Assembly (NCBI GenBank): GCA_045106735.1
Contig: JBGCEZ010000099.1
Location: 1 to 59,695, forward strand
Direction of reading: 5' to 3'
DNA from: Phycisphaerales bacterium
GTDB lineage: Bacteria > Planctomycetota > Phycisphaerae > Phycisphaerales > SM1A02
Length of the DNA: 59,695 bases
Of this stretch, positions 47,135-57,130 are shown in pieces. Position 1 is the stretch's first letter; each line of letters opens with the position of its first letter. Position numbers and translations under genes: made by a program. The notes beneath the pieces are model-generated. The model did not search any database. It saw only the letters and a list, made by a program, of their open reading frames with translations, and was not told where the DNA came from.

Positions 47135-47782
47135 ATGACCGACCAAACCACCGCTGCCATCAAGCGTTTGCCGCCGGACGACATCACCTGCGGCACGTAC
47201 CTCATCGTCCTCGAGACCGACATGTTCGCCCTGGTTGGGCGGTGCGATCCCTCGTCCAACTCCGGCGATCACGGGCGAACAATCCATCCCGACCGGGTTG
47301 TCGTGCCGAACACCGATCCCGAGCCACTCAAGGTGGTCGAGGTCTGCGTGCCGTTCGTGCTCGTGCGCGATTCGGAGCGCAATGTTTCGGTCGTCGACTT
47401 GCGTCGCTGCCGTGTGGCGTCGATGCCGGCGCCCATCGCGCGCCGGATGCGACGTGAATTGCGGGTGACGGCGGCGCGCCAACGCGGCGAGCTTGCGGAA
47501 ATGTTCGGCGGTGAGTCGAACAACGCGTCGGAGAAGAAGAAGGGCAAGGGCCAGGCGGCCGCCAAGTCCAAGTCCAAGTCCAAGTCGAAGTCCAAGTCGA
47601 AGTCCAAGAAGCGTGACGACGACGACGGCGACGGCCTGGGCGAGGGCAAGGACAAGGGCAAGTGTCCGCGCCGGGCCAAGGCCCGTCAGGAAAGGAAGCG
47701 TCGGGGTACGGGCCGGAAGAAGAAAGCCGGAAACGCCCAAGCCAGCCGACGGAAGCGGAAGTGGTGGCGACGCAAGCGCTGA
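47135..47782 (+). CDS. Hypothetical protein with a Lys/Ser-repeat, Lys/Arg-rich histone-H1-like C-terminal tail
   Basis: ORF with ATG at 47135. Globular N-terminal ~120 aa, then SEKKKGKGQAAAKSKSKSKSKSKSKSKKRDDDDGDG...RRKRKWWRRKR. The (KS)n is encoded by an AAGTCC/AAGTCG hexamer repeat (47560-47610). Coding status plausible but unproven. Confidence 0.45.
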   Translation: MTDQTTAAIKRLPPDDITCGTYLIVLETDMFALVGRCDPSSNSGDHGRTIHPDRVVVPNTDPEPLKVVEVCVPFVLVRDSERNVSVVDLRRCRVASMPAPIARRMRRELRVTAARQRGELAEMFGGESNNASEKKKGKGQAAAKSKSKSKSKSKSKSKKRDDDDGDGLGEGKDKGKCPRRAKARQERKRRGTGRKKKAGNAQASRRKRKWWRRKR

Positions 47783-47864
47783 ATTCCGCGGTGAACGGGC
47801 CGGAGCGGCCAGGGATGACGCTCCGGTCCGTTCGCTCGTTTTGTCGCCGGCGTAGCATGGGTCC

Positions 47865-48737
47865 ATGCCTGACCACCCATCGACGTCTTCGTCTTCGTCT
47901 TCGGCCGATGCCGGTGCCCCGGTCACTCCCGAGCTCATCGCCGGGGCCACCGCCCGGCTCGGCGTGGCGATCGCCGCGGCCGGTGAGGTCGCCGAGATGG
48001 CCAGGGCCGTCTATCAGTCGCCAGACTTGGAGATCGATCGCAAGCCGGACGGCTCCGTCGTCACCGCCATCGACCGCAGCGGCGAGGAACGGATCCGGAC
48101 CTTGGTCGCCGAGCAGTTCCCGGCGGACGACATCCTGGGCGAGGAGTTCGGCGGCGGTGGCGGCGAAGGCCCGTGGCGATGGGTGATCGACCCGATCGAC
48201 GGCACCCGGTCGTTCACCCTCGGCATCCCGAGCTTCTGCACGCTGATCGGGATCGAGCACGCCGACCACCCGGGGATGAGCCTGGCCGGGTGCGCGAGCT
48301 TTCCCGCCACCGGCGAGCGGCTCGATGCGGTCCATGGCGGCGGCGCGACGTGGACGACGTTGAGCGGTCGGACGCGGCCGGCCCGGGTCAGTGCGGAGTC
48401 AAACCTCGGGAAGGCGACGGTCGAATTGGGCGCTCCGTCGAGTTTCCGGCGGCGCGGTCCGGCGGTTGAGCAGCGGCGGCGCGAATTGGTCGACGCGATC
48501 CATCGGACTCGCGGGTGGGACGACGGATACGCCTTTGCCTTGGTCGCCACCGGCCGGGTGGACGCGGCGGTGCAGTGCGGGCTGAGCCGCTGGGACATCA
48601 GTCCCTTCGACGTGATCCTGCGTGAGGCCGGCGGACGGTTGACCGATTGGGCTGGGGAGCCGGGACTGAACGGGGATGGAAACGTGATTGCGGGGCCGGC
48701 GGGATTGGTCGAAGGACTGTCGGCGCTGCTTCACTGA
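47865..48737 (+). CDS. Inositol monophosphatase family protein (IMPase/HisN-like)
   Basis: WVIDPIDGTRSFTLGIPSFCTLIG and the downstream metal-binding aspartate context (YAFALVATGRVDAAVQ) match the IMPase family. Confidence 0.8.
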   Translation: MPDHPSTSSSSSSADAGAPVTPELIAGATARLGVAIAAAGEVAEMARAVYQSPDLEIDRKPDGSVVTAIDRSGEERIRTLVAEQFPADDILGEEFGGGGGEGPWRWVIDPIDGTRSFTLGIPSFCTLIGIEHADHPGMSLAGCASFPATGERLDAVHGGGATWTTLSGRTRPARVSAESNLGKATVELGAPSSFRRRGPAVEQRRRELVDAIHRTRGWDDGYAFALVATGRVDAAVQCGLSRWDISPFDVILREAGGRLTDWAGEPGLNGDGNVIAGPAGLVEGLSALLH

Positions 48738-48913
48738 GCACGCGAATGTGCTTCGTTTCGCGGGCGTTGCCGCATGCCTGGGTGCGGCGGGGGACTTCGC
48801 GGCAGCGATCGCCGGACGCACGCCGCACGCCGCACGCCGCACGCTGTCACGTCCGCACGCCCGTTCCCCGCATCCTCGCCGCGCGCTTCGCCGAACGCTT
48901 CGTCAAGCACCTC

Positions 48914-48973
48914 GCCGAGGAAACCGCCGAGGAAACCGCCGAGCAAACCGCCGAGCAAACCGTCGAGCAAACG
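48914..48973. repeat. Intergenic 12-nt tandem repeat (GCCGAGGAAACC-like, 5 units) between convergent genes. A (CGCACGC)x4 heptamer repeat lies at ~48810-48840.
   Basis: Read directly: gccgaggaaacc gccgaggaaacc gccgagcaaacc gccgagcaaacc gtcgagcaaacg. Confidence 0.6.
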
Positions 48974-48977
48974 GTCG

Positions 48978-51479
48978 CTACTCGCACGCCCCCCACGCAC
49001 CGAGCACGGCCAGGGTGTCGGTGAACCCGACGACGCCGTCTTCGTCCAGGTCCGCCGGGCAACCGGGGCACACGCCGAAACTCGAGAGCACGGTGAGCAG
49101 GTCGAGGATGTCGACCGAGCCGTTGCCGTCGAAGTCGGCGAAGCAGGCTGGTGGAGCCGGGTCAGGCAGTGGGCTCGTCCACGTACCGCGGCCGTAGGTG
49201 CCGACGATCAGGTGGTCGCGTTCGAGGTCGACGAAGAGGTCGCCGATGTTCACGTTCGGCAGGTCCGCCCCGTCCTTGATCCACGTGCCGCCGTTGTCGA
49301 AGCTGACCAGGACGCCGGCCCCGGTGCCGACGAAGAGCGTTGGTGGTTCGGTGCGCCAGTCCACAGCCAGGGCGGTTGCGCCCAAGCCATTCGGCAGATC
49401 GCCGGTCACATTCGCCCAGAACGCACCGCCAAAGGTCGTCTGCATCACCCGCACGCCGCTGGTCTCCCGCATCGAGAGGTAGGCGACGTTCGGGTTGTCC
49501 GGCGAAACGACGATGTCGGTGATGCGTTCGTCCGGCACGGAGTTGCCGCGGTCAATCCACTCGCGGCCATTGAACTGCCACACTTCACCCGTGCTCGAGC
49601 CCGTGTAGATCACGCCGCTGCCGTCCGGCGCGGGCGCGATCGCCGTCAGGACGCCCGAGCCGCCGATTTCGCCGGTGCTGATCGTCTCCCAGTCCGCGTC
49701 GCCGCTGGCGTTGGTCGTGCGCCACAGGCGGTCGGTCCCGCCGTACAGCGTGTCCGCCGCAACCGGATCCATGCTCAGGGGCGAGATGAAGCCGCGGGCA
49801 TCGCCCTGCCATGGTCCGCTGATGTTCGAAAACGCACCGTCGATCCAGCGCTGCACGCTGAGCCGCACGTACGTGGTGTACTTCACGCCGGGATCCGCGT
49901 GGCTGTACGCGAGGTAGCCGCCGTCGCCCCCGATCAACTGCGGCCAGGCCATCGAGTTTTCGTCCACCCGCTCGATCGACCCGTTGTCCTGCGTGCCGCC
50001 CAGGATCCGGGCCCCGGGGAACGGGCTGATGCCGACGGTGTACTGCTGGGTCAGCATCAGGTCGCCGTTGCGGTTCACCCACGTGTCGCCGCCGTCACTC
50101 GATCGCCAGACCCCGCCGTCGTTGCCTTCCCAGATGGTGCCGTCGGGACCAAAGGCCATCGTGTGGTGGTCGGGGTGCGTCTGATCGCTCGCTTCGGTCG
50201 TGCCGGAGCTGATCTCGGCCCAGTTCTCGCCGCCATCGGTGGAACGGATGATGCCGGCCTCGGCGTAGATCGGGCTCACGCCGCCGGCGTACACCGTGTC
50301 GGCGTCGGCCGGATCGGCGGCCAGATACATGTCGTAGGAAGCCTGGGGCGTGGCGAAGCTGGGCGTGTTCGGGAGCAAGGTCCACGAGCTGCCGAAGTTG
50401 TCGGTGCGCCAGGTCCCGGTGACGGTGCCGCCGTTGGCGATGGCCACGTACGCCCGCTGCGGATTCGCCGGGCTCGTGGCCAGTTCCACGCGCGAGATGC
50501 CGCTGGACGGCAGGCCGTTGTTGGCGTCCGTCCACGTGAGGCCGCCATCGAGCGAACGCAGAACGCCCTCGCCCCGTTGGCCGGCCAGGAGTCGCAGCGG
50601 ATTGGCCGCGTCCATCACGAGGGATGAAACACGGTCGCTGCCGATCGGACTTGTCCACGATTGGCCGCCGTCGGCCGACCGGTGGTAGCCGCGGCCGGCG
50701 TGGTGCATGACCTGCGGATCGGTGGGGTCGATGAGCAGCACGCTGGTCAGGTCGCCGATCGCGGCGGCGGTCGTCAGTTGGTCCCAGGTCGTGCCGCCGT
50801 CGGTCGAACGGAAGATGCCATCGCCGCGGCTGCGGGTCTGGTACTCGCCGGTGCCCAGAAAAATGGTGTCGTGGTCGACGGGATGGATCGCCAGCGCGCC
50901 GCCATTGAGCGTGGGCAGTTCGTCGGTGAGGGGCGTCCAGGTGTCGCCGCGGTCCACGGTCTTCCAGGCGCCGCCGGAAGCCGAGACGATGTACACGATG
51001 TCGGGGTTGGTCGGGTGGGGCGTGATGCCGACGACGCGTCCGCTGGCGTCGTCGTTGCCGGACCAGAACTCGCTGACGATCGGACGCGGCCCGACCGGCG
51101 TGTAGTTCATGGGATTGCCGGCATCCGAGAGTCCGGCCGCCTGGCCAAAGACCGCCTCGGCCGACCAGTTGGGGACGATGTCGCCGATGATGCGCGGGTG
51201 GCCCGGCGGCGGCGGCCCGACGTCATTCGGGCGCCGGCCGGCTTGGCTGACCGGGCCGACGAGGACGGCCGGCGTCTCGGCGTGCGTGCCGGGATATCGG
51301 GCCTCCATCTCGGCGGCTCGTGCGGCCAGGAGCGTCGCGGTCGAATCGGCGGTGGTCTCGCAGCCGGTGAGGGTGATGAACCCCAGGCTGGCGGTCGCGG
51401 CCGCGGCGGTGACGCCCACGGTGGCTCGAATGGGAGCGCGATCCCCGAAACGGGACGACGACTGCGGCGGCTGGGGCAT
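48978..51479 (-). CDS. Secreted BNR/Asp-box repeat protein (sialidase/GH74/Ycf48-like beta-propeller repeats) with C-terminal dockerin-like module
   Basis: At least seven SxDxGxTW motifs (RSTDGGENW, RSSDGGDTW, RSTDGGTTW, RSADGGQSW, RSLDGGLTW, VDRGDTW, FDNGGTW). The C-terminus (DFDGNGSVDILDLLTVLSSFG...DLDEDGVVGFTDTLAVLGAWG) resembles duplicated dockerin calcium-binding segments. N-terminal signal peptide. Confidence 0.7.
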   Translation of the reverse strand: MPQPPQSSSRFGDRAPIRATVGVTAAAATASLGFITLTGCETTADSTATLLAARAAEMEARYPGTHAETPAVLVGPVSQAGRRPNDVGPPPPGHPRIIGDIVPNWSAEAVFGQAAGLSDAGNPMNYTPVGPRPIVSEFWSGNDDASGRVVGITPHPTNPDIVYIVSASGGAWKTVDRGDTWTPLTDELPTLNGGALAIHPVDHDTIFLGTGEYQTRSRGDGIFRSTDGGTTWDQLTTAAAIGDLTSVLLIDPTDPQVMHHAGRGYHRSADGGQSWTSPIGSDRVSSLVMDAANPLRLLAGQRGEGVLRSLDGGLTWTDANNGLPSSGISRVELATSPANPQRAYVAIANGGTVTGTWRTDNFGSSWTLLPNTPSFATPQASYDMYLAADPADADTVYAGGVSPIYAEAGIIRSTDGGENWAEISSGTTEASDQTHPDHHTMAFGPDGTIWEGNDGGVWRSSDGGDTWVNRNGDLMLTQQYTVGISPFPGARILGGTQDNGSIERVDENSMAWPQLIGGDGGYLAYSHADPGVKYTTYVRLSVQRWIDGAFSNISGPWQGDARGFISPLSMDPVAADTLYGGTDRLWRTTNASGDADWETISTGEIGGSGVLTAIAPAPDGSGVIYTGSSTGEVWQFNGREWIDRGNSVPDERITDIVVSPDNPNVAYLSMRETSGVRVMQTTFGGAFWANVTGDLPNGLGATALAVDWRTEPPTLFVGTGAGVLVSFDNGGTWIKDGADLPNVNIGDLFVDLERDHLIVGTYGRGTWTSPLPDPAPPACFADFDGNGSVDILDLLTVLSSFGVCPGCPADLDEDGVVGFTDTLAVLGAWGACE

Positions 51480-51930
51480 GTGGGGGATTCCGAGGGGGAC
51501 GGGCTCGAGCTTGGATCGAGGGGGGCGGCCGAGGCCGTGGCGGGTGTGGCGGGTGTGGCGGCGGCGGTGGCGGTGGCGCGGGCCGATGACCAGCCGCCAC
51601 GAGCAGATTCACCCGGACTCAGCCTTCACTTCGTCCTGCTCGGGGGGATGGATCCAGTCGAGCCAGCAACTGGGCGGATCGGCGTGGCGATTCGGGGGAG
51701 CTGGTGCGGAGCGTGGAGTCGCTTCCCGGGGGCAACGGCGCGATTTCGGCAGCTTCGGCGTGCGGGCAGCGTGATCGCCGGGCGATCATCCCTCCGCGGC
51801 AGTCGGCCCGGCGTGAGCGGCGACCGTTGGCTTCTGGATCGGCGTCGGCATCGGCTCTTTGGAGCTGCTCTTTGGGGCGGCCAGGGTGCTGCGCTCCCCC
51901 CGCCGCTCCCCCGTCGCTCGCCCCCACCGC

Positions 51931-53334
51931 TCACGCCAACCGGTCGAGCATCTGCGAGGCCATCCCCAGGACGAGCATGAACCCGCACATGTCGGTCACC
52001 GTCGTCAGGATGGGGCCGCTGGCCAGTGCCGGGTCCAGCTTCAGGCCCCGCAGCAGCAGCGGCACGCAGCCGCCGATGGACACCGCGACCACCGTGTTGA
52101 TGGCCAGCGCGGCCCCCACCACCAGGCCGAGGGCTGGATTGCCCTGCCACGCCCAGGCGCCGAGTCCGAGCAAGGTGCCGAGCACCGCTCCGTTCACCAG
52201 CCCGACCATGACTTCCTTGCCCCACACGCGCAGGACGTCCGACGGACGCGAGACGTTGAGGCTGAGTTCGCGCATCGACACCGCCACCGCCTGGTTGCCC
52301 GAGCAGCCGCTCATGTCGCTGATGATCGGCAGAAACACGGCCAGGGCGATGACCGCCTCCAGCGTGTCTTGATTGAAGGCGATGATGCTCGCGGCCATGA
52401 TGTTCAGCACGATGTTCAGGCTGAGCCACGCCAGGCGACGACTGCTCCGCAGCACCAAGGGCATGCTGCGCAGTTCTTCGCCGCCCACAATGCCGAGGGC
52501 GCGTCGCAGGTCGCTTCCGCCGCGCTCCGCCATCGCGTCTTCGACCGCCGCGGCTTCCAGAACGCCGAGCAGTTGATTGTTCTCATCGAGGACCGGCGCC
52601 CCCAGGTAGTTGTTCTTCTGGAAGAACGCGTGGAGTTGCGGCAGTTCCGCCGTCGCCTCAACCGAAAGCGGATCGGGGATCATGATCATGGCGATCGGTC
52701 GATGCCGGGGACTCAGCAGGAGGTCGCGTAGACGCAGCACCCCGACCAATTCGTTCTGCGGTCCGGTCACGTACACGTACTGGACGTCGTAGTCGCGCTG
52801 CTCATCGGCATGGTTCTGCATCGACGCGACGACATCGCCGACCGAATGGTCCAGCGGGAAGGCCAGAAACTCGCGAATCATCAAGCCGCCGGCGGTTTCG
52901 TCGCCGTACTCCGACAGCTCGCGAATGCTTGCGGCTTCTTCGGGTTCGAGTTGGGCGAGCACCGCCTCGGGATCGTGCAGGTCCCGCACGATGTCGGCCT
53001 GCTCGTCCGACGGAAGCTCGTGGACAATCGCCGCCGCCGCCTCGGGTTCGAGGTGGTCAAGGGCGCGAACCGCCTGGATTTCCGGCAGCGTCTCGATGAC
53101 GTCGGCCGCGGAACTCGCTTCGATCGAGCCGAGCAGCCGGTCGCGGTCGGCTTCGGACAGGCCGCCGACCAGGTGGGCGATCTCATCGGACGGCAGCGCG
53201 TCCAGCGTGGCCGCGGCCTCTTCGCAGCCGGCCGCCGTCTCCAGCAGCGACATCAGCTCCCGGGACGTGGGAACCGGCGTCGTCTCGTCGACGTCTTGGT
53301 CGATGGAAGCGGGATCAAGATCGGCGGAAGGCAT
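51931..53334 (-). CDS. mgtE: Magnesium transporter MgtE
   Basis: MgtE N-domain helices, a CBS pair, and the C-terminal TM domain with ...FLPIISDMSGCSGNQAVAVSMREL..., characteristic of MgtE. Confidence 0.85.
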   Translation of the reverse strand: MPSADLDPASIDQDVDETTPVPTSRELMSLLETAAGCEEAAATLDALPSDEIAHLVGGLSEADRDRLLGSIEASSAADVIETLPEIQAVRALDHLEPEAAAAIVHELPSDEQADIVRDLHDPEAVLAQLEPEEAASIRELSEYGDETAGGLMIREFLAFPLDHSVGDVVASMQNHADEQRDYDVQYVYVTGPQNELVGVLRLRDLLLSPRHRPIAMIMIPDPLSVEATAELPQLHAFFQKNNYLGAPVLDENNQLLGVLEAAAVEDAMAERGGSDLRRALGIVGGEELRSMPLVLRSSRRLAWLSLNIVLNIMAASIIAFNQDTLEAVIALAVFLPIISDMSGCSGNQAVAVSMRELSLNVSRPSDVLRVWGKEVMVGLVNGAVLGTLLGLGAWAWQGNPALGLVVGAALAINTVVAVSIGGCVPLLLRGLKLDPALASGPILTTVTDMCGFMLVLGMASQMLDRLA

Positions 53335-53516
53335 GGCGGTGGGCGTCTCGGGCGGGGCGTGGCGGGATTTGGTCTTGGCGTGGCGTGGCGTTCAGCGTGA
53401 CGGGCGGCGGGCGACGGGCGACGCGCGACGTGCGACCCAGGCGTCTCATCGGCTCGGGCCGCCGTTCGGCTCCCGATTCAGCGGGGCTTGGTCTCCGTCG
53501 GCGGCGACCTTCGCCG

Positions 53517-55727
53517 TCAGTGATCCAGGTGCACCTCGCCCGCGCTGTCCACCAGGATCACGCGGTTCAGGCCCTGGGTCAGCCGGTCGATGCCCTCGGC
53601 AAAGCCCGAATCGTCCTCGGCCGTGGCCGGGGGTTCGTAGCCCAGCAGCACAATGGCCGCCCGCCGCGACTCGCGGCGGATCACCGCAACCGGATCATCG
53701 CCGACGAACATCGCCGGTGTCGCATCGATTCGCGACGTCTTGATCAATTCGCCGAGGTGTTTCATCACCTCTTCGCGGGCCGCCTCATTTTGGACCACCC
53801 GCATCAGCCGCACGCGTCGTCCGCGCCAGCCCGGGTTTCGGGTGAGCAGGTGCGCGAGCAACAGCATGAGTTCGCCGTTCGACCGCCCCCGCCACCACAC
53901 GTCGATGGTGCCGCGCGGCGGCTTCCAGGCCGTCTCGTCCCCCGTCGTCGACTTGACGATCAGCACACTCCGGTCGAGGGCCGAGAGTGTCCGCAGCAGC
54001 CCGCAGAATCGGTGCAGCCGCTCGCGAGACTGCGGCCAGCCGATCAGCACCGTGTTCGGTTCGAGGCCGCCAAGGCCGTGGGCCTGCACCAGCGACACGA
54101 TGCCGTCGCGGACGGAATCCGACACGACCACCGCCGGGAAGGCCGAGACTTCTTGCTCGCGGATGTAGCGCAGGAGCACATCGCGCTGGTTCGCCCGCCG
54201 CTGGAGCAGGTCGCGGACGTCGCCCTCAATGACCAGGCCGACGGTCTGCAGTCCGGTGCTGGCCGTGATCCAGTGCCCGTAGACGGCCAAGTGCCGACGC
54301 GTGTCGCTCGCCCCGCCCAGGGTCAGCAGCATCGGCCGCCAGTTCTTGGGGTGGTAGAGCTCTTCTTCCAAACGCATCAGATTGCGGCGGACCCGCTCAA
54401 AGGCCAGGCCACTTCGCAGGTCGCCCCAGCCCGCTTCGATTTCGCGCTGGCTGATCAGGTAGTAGAGGCAGGTCATGCCGGCAATGGACAGCAGCGCCCA
54501 CGACCAACTGATCATGAACATCACGGCCACGCAGAGGACGGTGCCGGCGAGTGAGACGGTCCAATGGACGAAGCGGAAACGCGGCCGGTAGCTCGGATTC
54601 TGAATGAAGGCTTCGTAGAACGTGGCCAGATTCAGCGTGCCGTACGTGATCATGAAGGCCATCGTGATCACCGGGGCGATGGCGTCGAGGCTGCCGAGCA
54701 GGATGCAGCCCTGGGCGATGATCGCGGTGACCACCGTCGCCCGCCGCGGCTCGGACGCCGGGCCACTGCCCTTGGCGAACGGGCGCAGTGCCGGCAGCAC
54801 GTTGTCGCGGGCAAAGGCCTGCAGGATCCGCGGGGCCCCCATCATGCTGCCGAGGGCCGAACTCAGCGTCGCAGCAAAGACGCCGGCGGTGATGAGCCAC
54901 GGGACGACGGCCACGTCGGCCATGACCAGGGCTTCTTCTTGCAGCACCTCGCGCTTTCGCACGCCGCCGATCAGCAGGGCCAGGCCCAGGTAGATGACGC
55001 CGGTGAACAGGACGGCAAGCAGCGTCCCGCGCGGAATGGACTTGGCCGGATCGCGCAGATCGCCGGACATGTTGGCCCCGGCCATGATGCCGGTCACCGC
55101 CGGGAAGAAGAGGGCGAACATCGTCACCCACGTCATGTCGTCGGCGTAGCTGGCGTCGAGGTTGGCCGTCCACGTGGGCGGGTCGAATTGTTGGGCCGCA
55201 CCGATGGTGAACGAGATCAGGCTGGCCACGAGCACGGCCAGAATGCCGTACTGCACCTTGATGGCCCAGCCGGCGCCGATGAAGACGCAGACGAAGACCA
55301 CAAGATTGGTGATCGTGGCGATGGCCGCGAGCGAGAGGCCCACGTCGACCGTGGCCCGGACCGCTTCGCTGAAGCCGATGACGTAGAGCGCGACGCTGAT
55401 CGCTTGCGCGACGAAGAACACCAGGCCGATCGTGCCGCCGAACTCGACGCCCAGGCTGCGGCTGATCAGAAAGTACGCCCCGCCGGCCTCGGTGCGCGTA
55501 TTCGTGGCGATGGCCGAGAGCGAGAGCGTGGTGAGCAGCGTGATGAGTTTGGCCGCGAGCACGATGATGATCGCGCGCACAATTCCGGCGTTGCCCACGA
55601 CCTCGCCAAAGCGGAGGAACATGATCACGCCGAGGATCGTCAGGACGCATGGCGTGAAGACGCCGCCGAAGGTCCCGAACCGCCTGCTGTCGCCGCTGGT
55701 ACGCGGTCCCTTCTCAGTGGCCATCAA
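53517..55727 (-). CDS. APC-superfamily transporter of the cation-chloride cotransporter (SLC12-like)/amino-acid permease type, with large cytoplasmic C-terminal domain
   Basis: FGTFGGVFTPCVLTILGVIMFLRFGEVVGNAG and 12 TM helices typical of CCC/APC family members. ~300-aa soluble C-terminus. Confidence 0.7.
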   Translation of the reverse strand: MMATEKGPRTSGDSRRFGTFGGVFTPCVLTILGVIMFLRFGEVVGNAGIVRAIIIVLAAKLITLLTTLSLSAIATNTRTEAGGAYFLISRSLGVEFGGTIGLVFFVAQAISVALYVIGFSEAVRATVDVGLSLAAIATITNLVVFVCVFIGAGWAIKVQYGILAVLVASLISFTIGAAQQFDPPTWTANLDASYADDMTWVTMFALFFPAVTGIMAGANMSGDLRDPAKSIPRGTLLAVLFTGVIYLGLALLIGGVRKREVLQEEALVMADVAVVPWLITAGVFAATLSSALGSMMGAPRILQAFARDNVLPALRPFAKGSGPASEPRRATVVTAIIAQGCILLGSLDAIAPVITMAFMITYGTLNLATFYEAFIQNPSYRPRFRFVHWTVSLAGTVLCVAVMFMISWSWALLSIAGMTCLYYLISQREIEAGWGDLRSGLAFERVRRNLMRLEEELYHPKNWRPMLLTLGGASDTRRHLAVYGHWITASTGLQTVGLVIEGDVRDLLQRRANQRDVLLRYIREQEVSAFPAVVVSDSVRDGIVSLVQAHGLGGLEPNTVLIGWPQSRERLHRFCGLLRTLSALDRSVLIVKSTTGDETAWKPPRGTIDVWWRGRSNGELMLLLAHLLTRNPGWRGRRVRLMRVVQNEAAREEVMKHLGELIKTSRIDATPAMFVGDDPVAVIRRESRRAAIVLLGYEPPATAEDDSGFAEGIDRLTQGLNRVILVDSAGEVHLDH

Positions 55728-55859
55728 GGCGGAAGGGTAGCAGGGGTGCGGCGGAGGTGGCGGTTGCGGTTGCGGTGGGGGTGGCCGTGGTGGTGGCGGT
55801 AGAGGTCGCCGAGGTCGCGCGGGGTCGGCGCTCTGTCATCGGGCGGTCGATTCGATTGG

Positions 55860-55907
55860 CGACTCGACTGGCGACTTGACGGGCGACTCGACGGGCGACT
55901 CGACTGG
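55860..55907. repeat. Intergenic 12-nt tandem repeat (CGACTCGACTGG-like, 4 units), preceded by a GGT/GGC-rich tract (55745-55800)
   Basis: Read directly: cgactcgactgg cgacttgacggg cgactcgacggg cgactcgactgg. Confidence 0.65.
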
Positions 55908-56285
55908 CCGACGAACCTTCGTACGGGCGGAGACAAGCACCCGCGTCGAGAGAGCAGCCCAAGCGGTCCGGTACGTCAGGGGCGCGTCTGACCTGACTGC
56001 ATGAGGCTCAGTCCGAGGCGAAGGCCAGGCAGTCGATTCCGGGAGGTGTGTCTTGCTGGTCTTCCTGCGACCGCACAGGTCCGTGCGTCTGCATCGAACG
56101 CGCGCGGTCGCATTGCGACCATCGAGGACCACTTCGGAACCGAAGTCTCGTCAAAGGCCGCGGACGTGCGAGTTTGGATTTCTCAAGGAATGTCGCGGCA
56201 GCCGGCATCGACATGACACGAACGATGTGCCGGGGTTCACCGACGCTCTTCGCGTCAACGATTCACCCTCTTGGAGATTTGCTCA

Positions 56286-56996
56286 ATGAGCCCCTTCCGA
56301 TCGCTCCGCATGAACGTGTTCTATCAGGCCGTCGCTGCATTCTTGATGATGTTCACGCTCGTGGCCCAGGCCCACGCGCAGTCATTGGACTGTCAATTCA
56401 CCGGGGAAGAGTCCAGCCAACTGACCGAGGTGATGAGAACAACAGACGTGTCATCATCTTGGGTGACAGACGTGTGTGAGGATGGCACTTTGATCTATCG
56501 TTACATGCAGACCGAGTATGTGACTGCCCTCATGTGCCGAACCACGACCAAGTTCATGGAAAGTCCCGATGGAACGGATTGCTTGCCGGTGGTCGAGCGA
56601 TACTGCTATTGGGAGCTGGTCAGTTCATCGGTGCTCCAGACTGCCGGTGAGTATTGCTGGGAAGACTTCCGAGATGAATGCTGCGCGCTTGTCGGCACGG
56701 AGTGGGAGTTTGAATCGGGTGGCACCGAGATCGATCGCGAAACTCGTCACGAGGACTACCTGTGTCCGGACGGACAAATGGGCGTTCGCAGCACCGTGAT
56801 CAAGACCTACTTCGTCAAGCGACGAGTGATGACAACCTATACCTACGAGAACGTTGACCCGACCGGTCCGTGTGAAGGCATCGTCTGTGGAACGTTGGTG
56901 GCCTACGGCCCGTGGGAATGGATCGAAGAGCGCACGGAAACGGAAGTCACGATCTACTGCCCCGAGGAGCCTGAGGAACCAGGCCAGCAGTCGTGA
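56286..56996 (+). CDS. Secreted cysteine-rich hypothetical protein (14 Cys) with atypically low GC (~52-55%) and rare-codon usage
   Basis: Signal peptide MSPFRSLRMNVFYQAVAAFLMMFTLVAQAHAQ. GGAGA RBS 8 nt upstream of the ATG. Hand-counted GC of 60-nt blocks is 47-60%, versus ~70% locally. Uses AGA/ACA/TAT/ATT/TTG codons that are rare elsewhere in the window. Confidence 0.6.
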   Translation: MSPFRSLRMNVFYQAVAAFLMMFTLVAQAHAQSLDCQFTGEESSQLTEVMRTTDVSSSWVTDVCEDGTLIYRYMQTEYVTALMCRTTTKFMESPDGTDCLPVVERYCYWELVSSSVLQTAGEYCWEDFRDECCALVGTEWEFESGGTEIDRETRHEDYLCPDGQMGVRSTVIKTYFVKRRVMTTYTYENVDPTGPCEGIVCGTLVAYGPWEWIEERTETEVTIYCPEEPEEPGQQS

Positions 56997-57130
56997 ACCG
57001 TGTTCGCTGAAGCGAACTCCGTGGCGCCGGCTGTCCGAGGCCGACGCTGGAGTCCGGCGCCGCGGCCGTCGACAATGAAAACAACGTTTGCCGTCAATGG
57101 CGGGAAACGGTTCGCCGATCGGGCGGTCGT

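Noticed and set aside
48736-48758. Weak hairpin (gagcac-gcgaat-gtgctt) + CGTTTCG after the IMPase-family gene as a terminator
   Set aside because: It has only a 5-6-bp stem with a G-U pair and an interrupted U-tract, far weaker than the clean terminator at 17748-17772.
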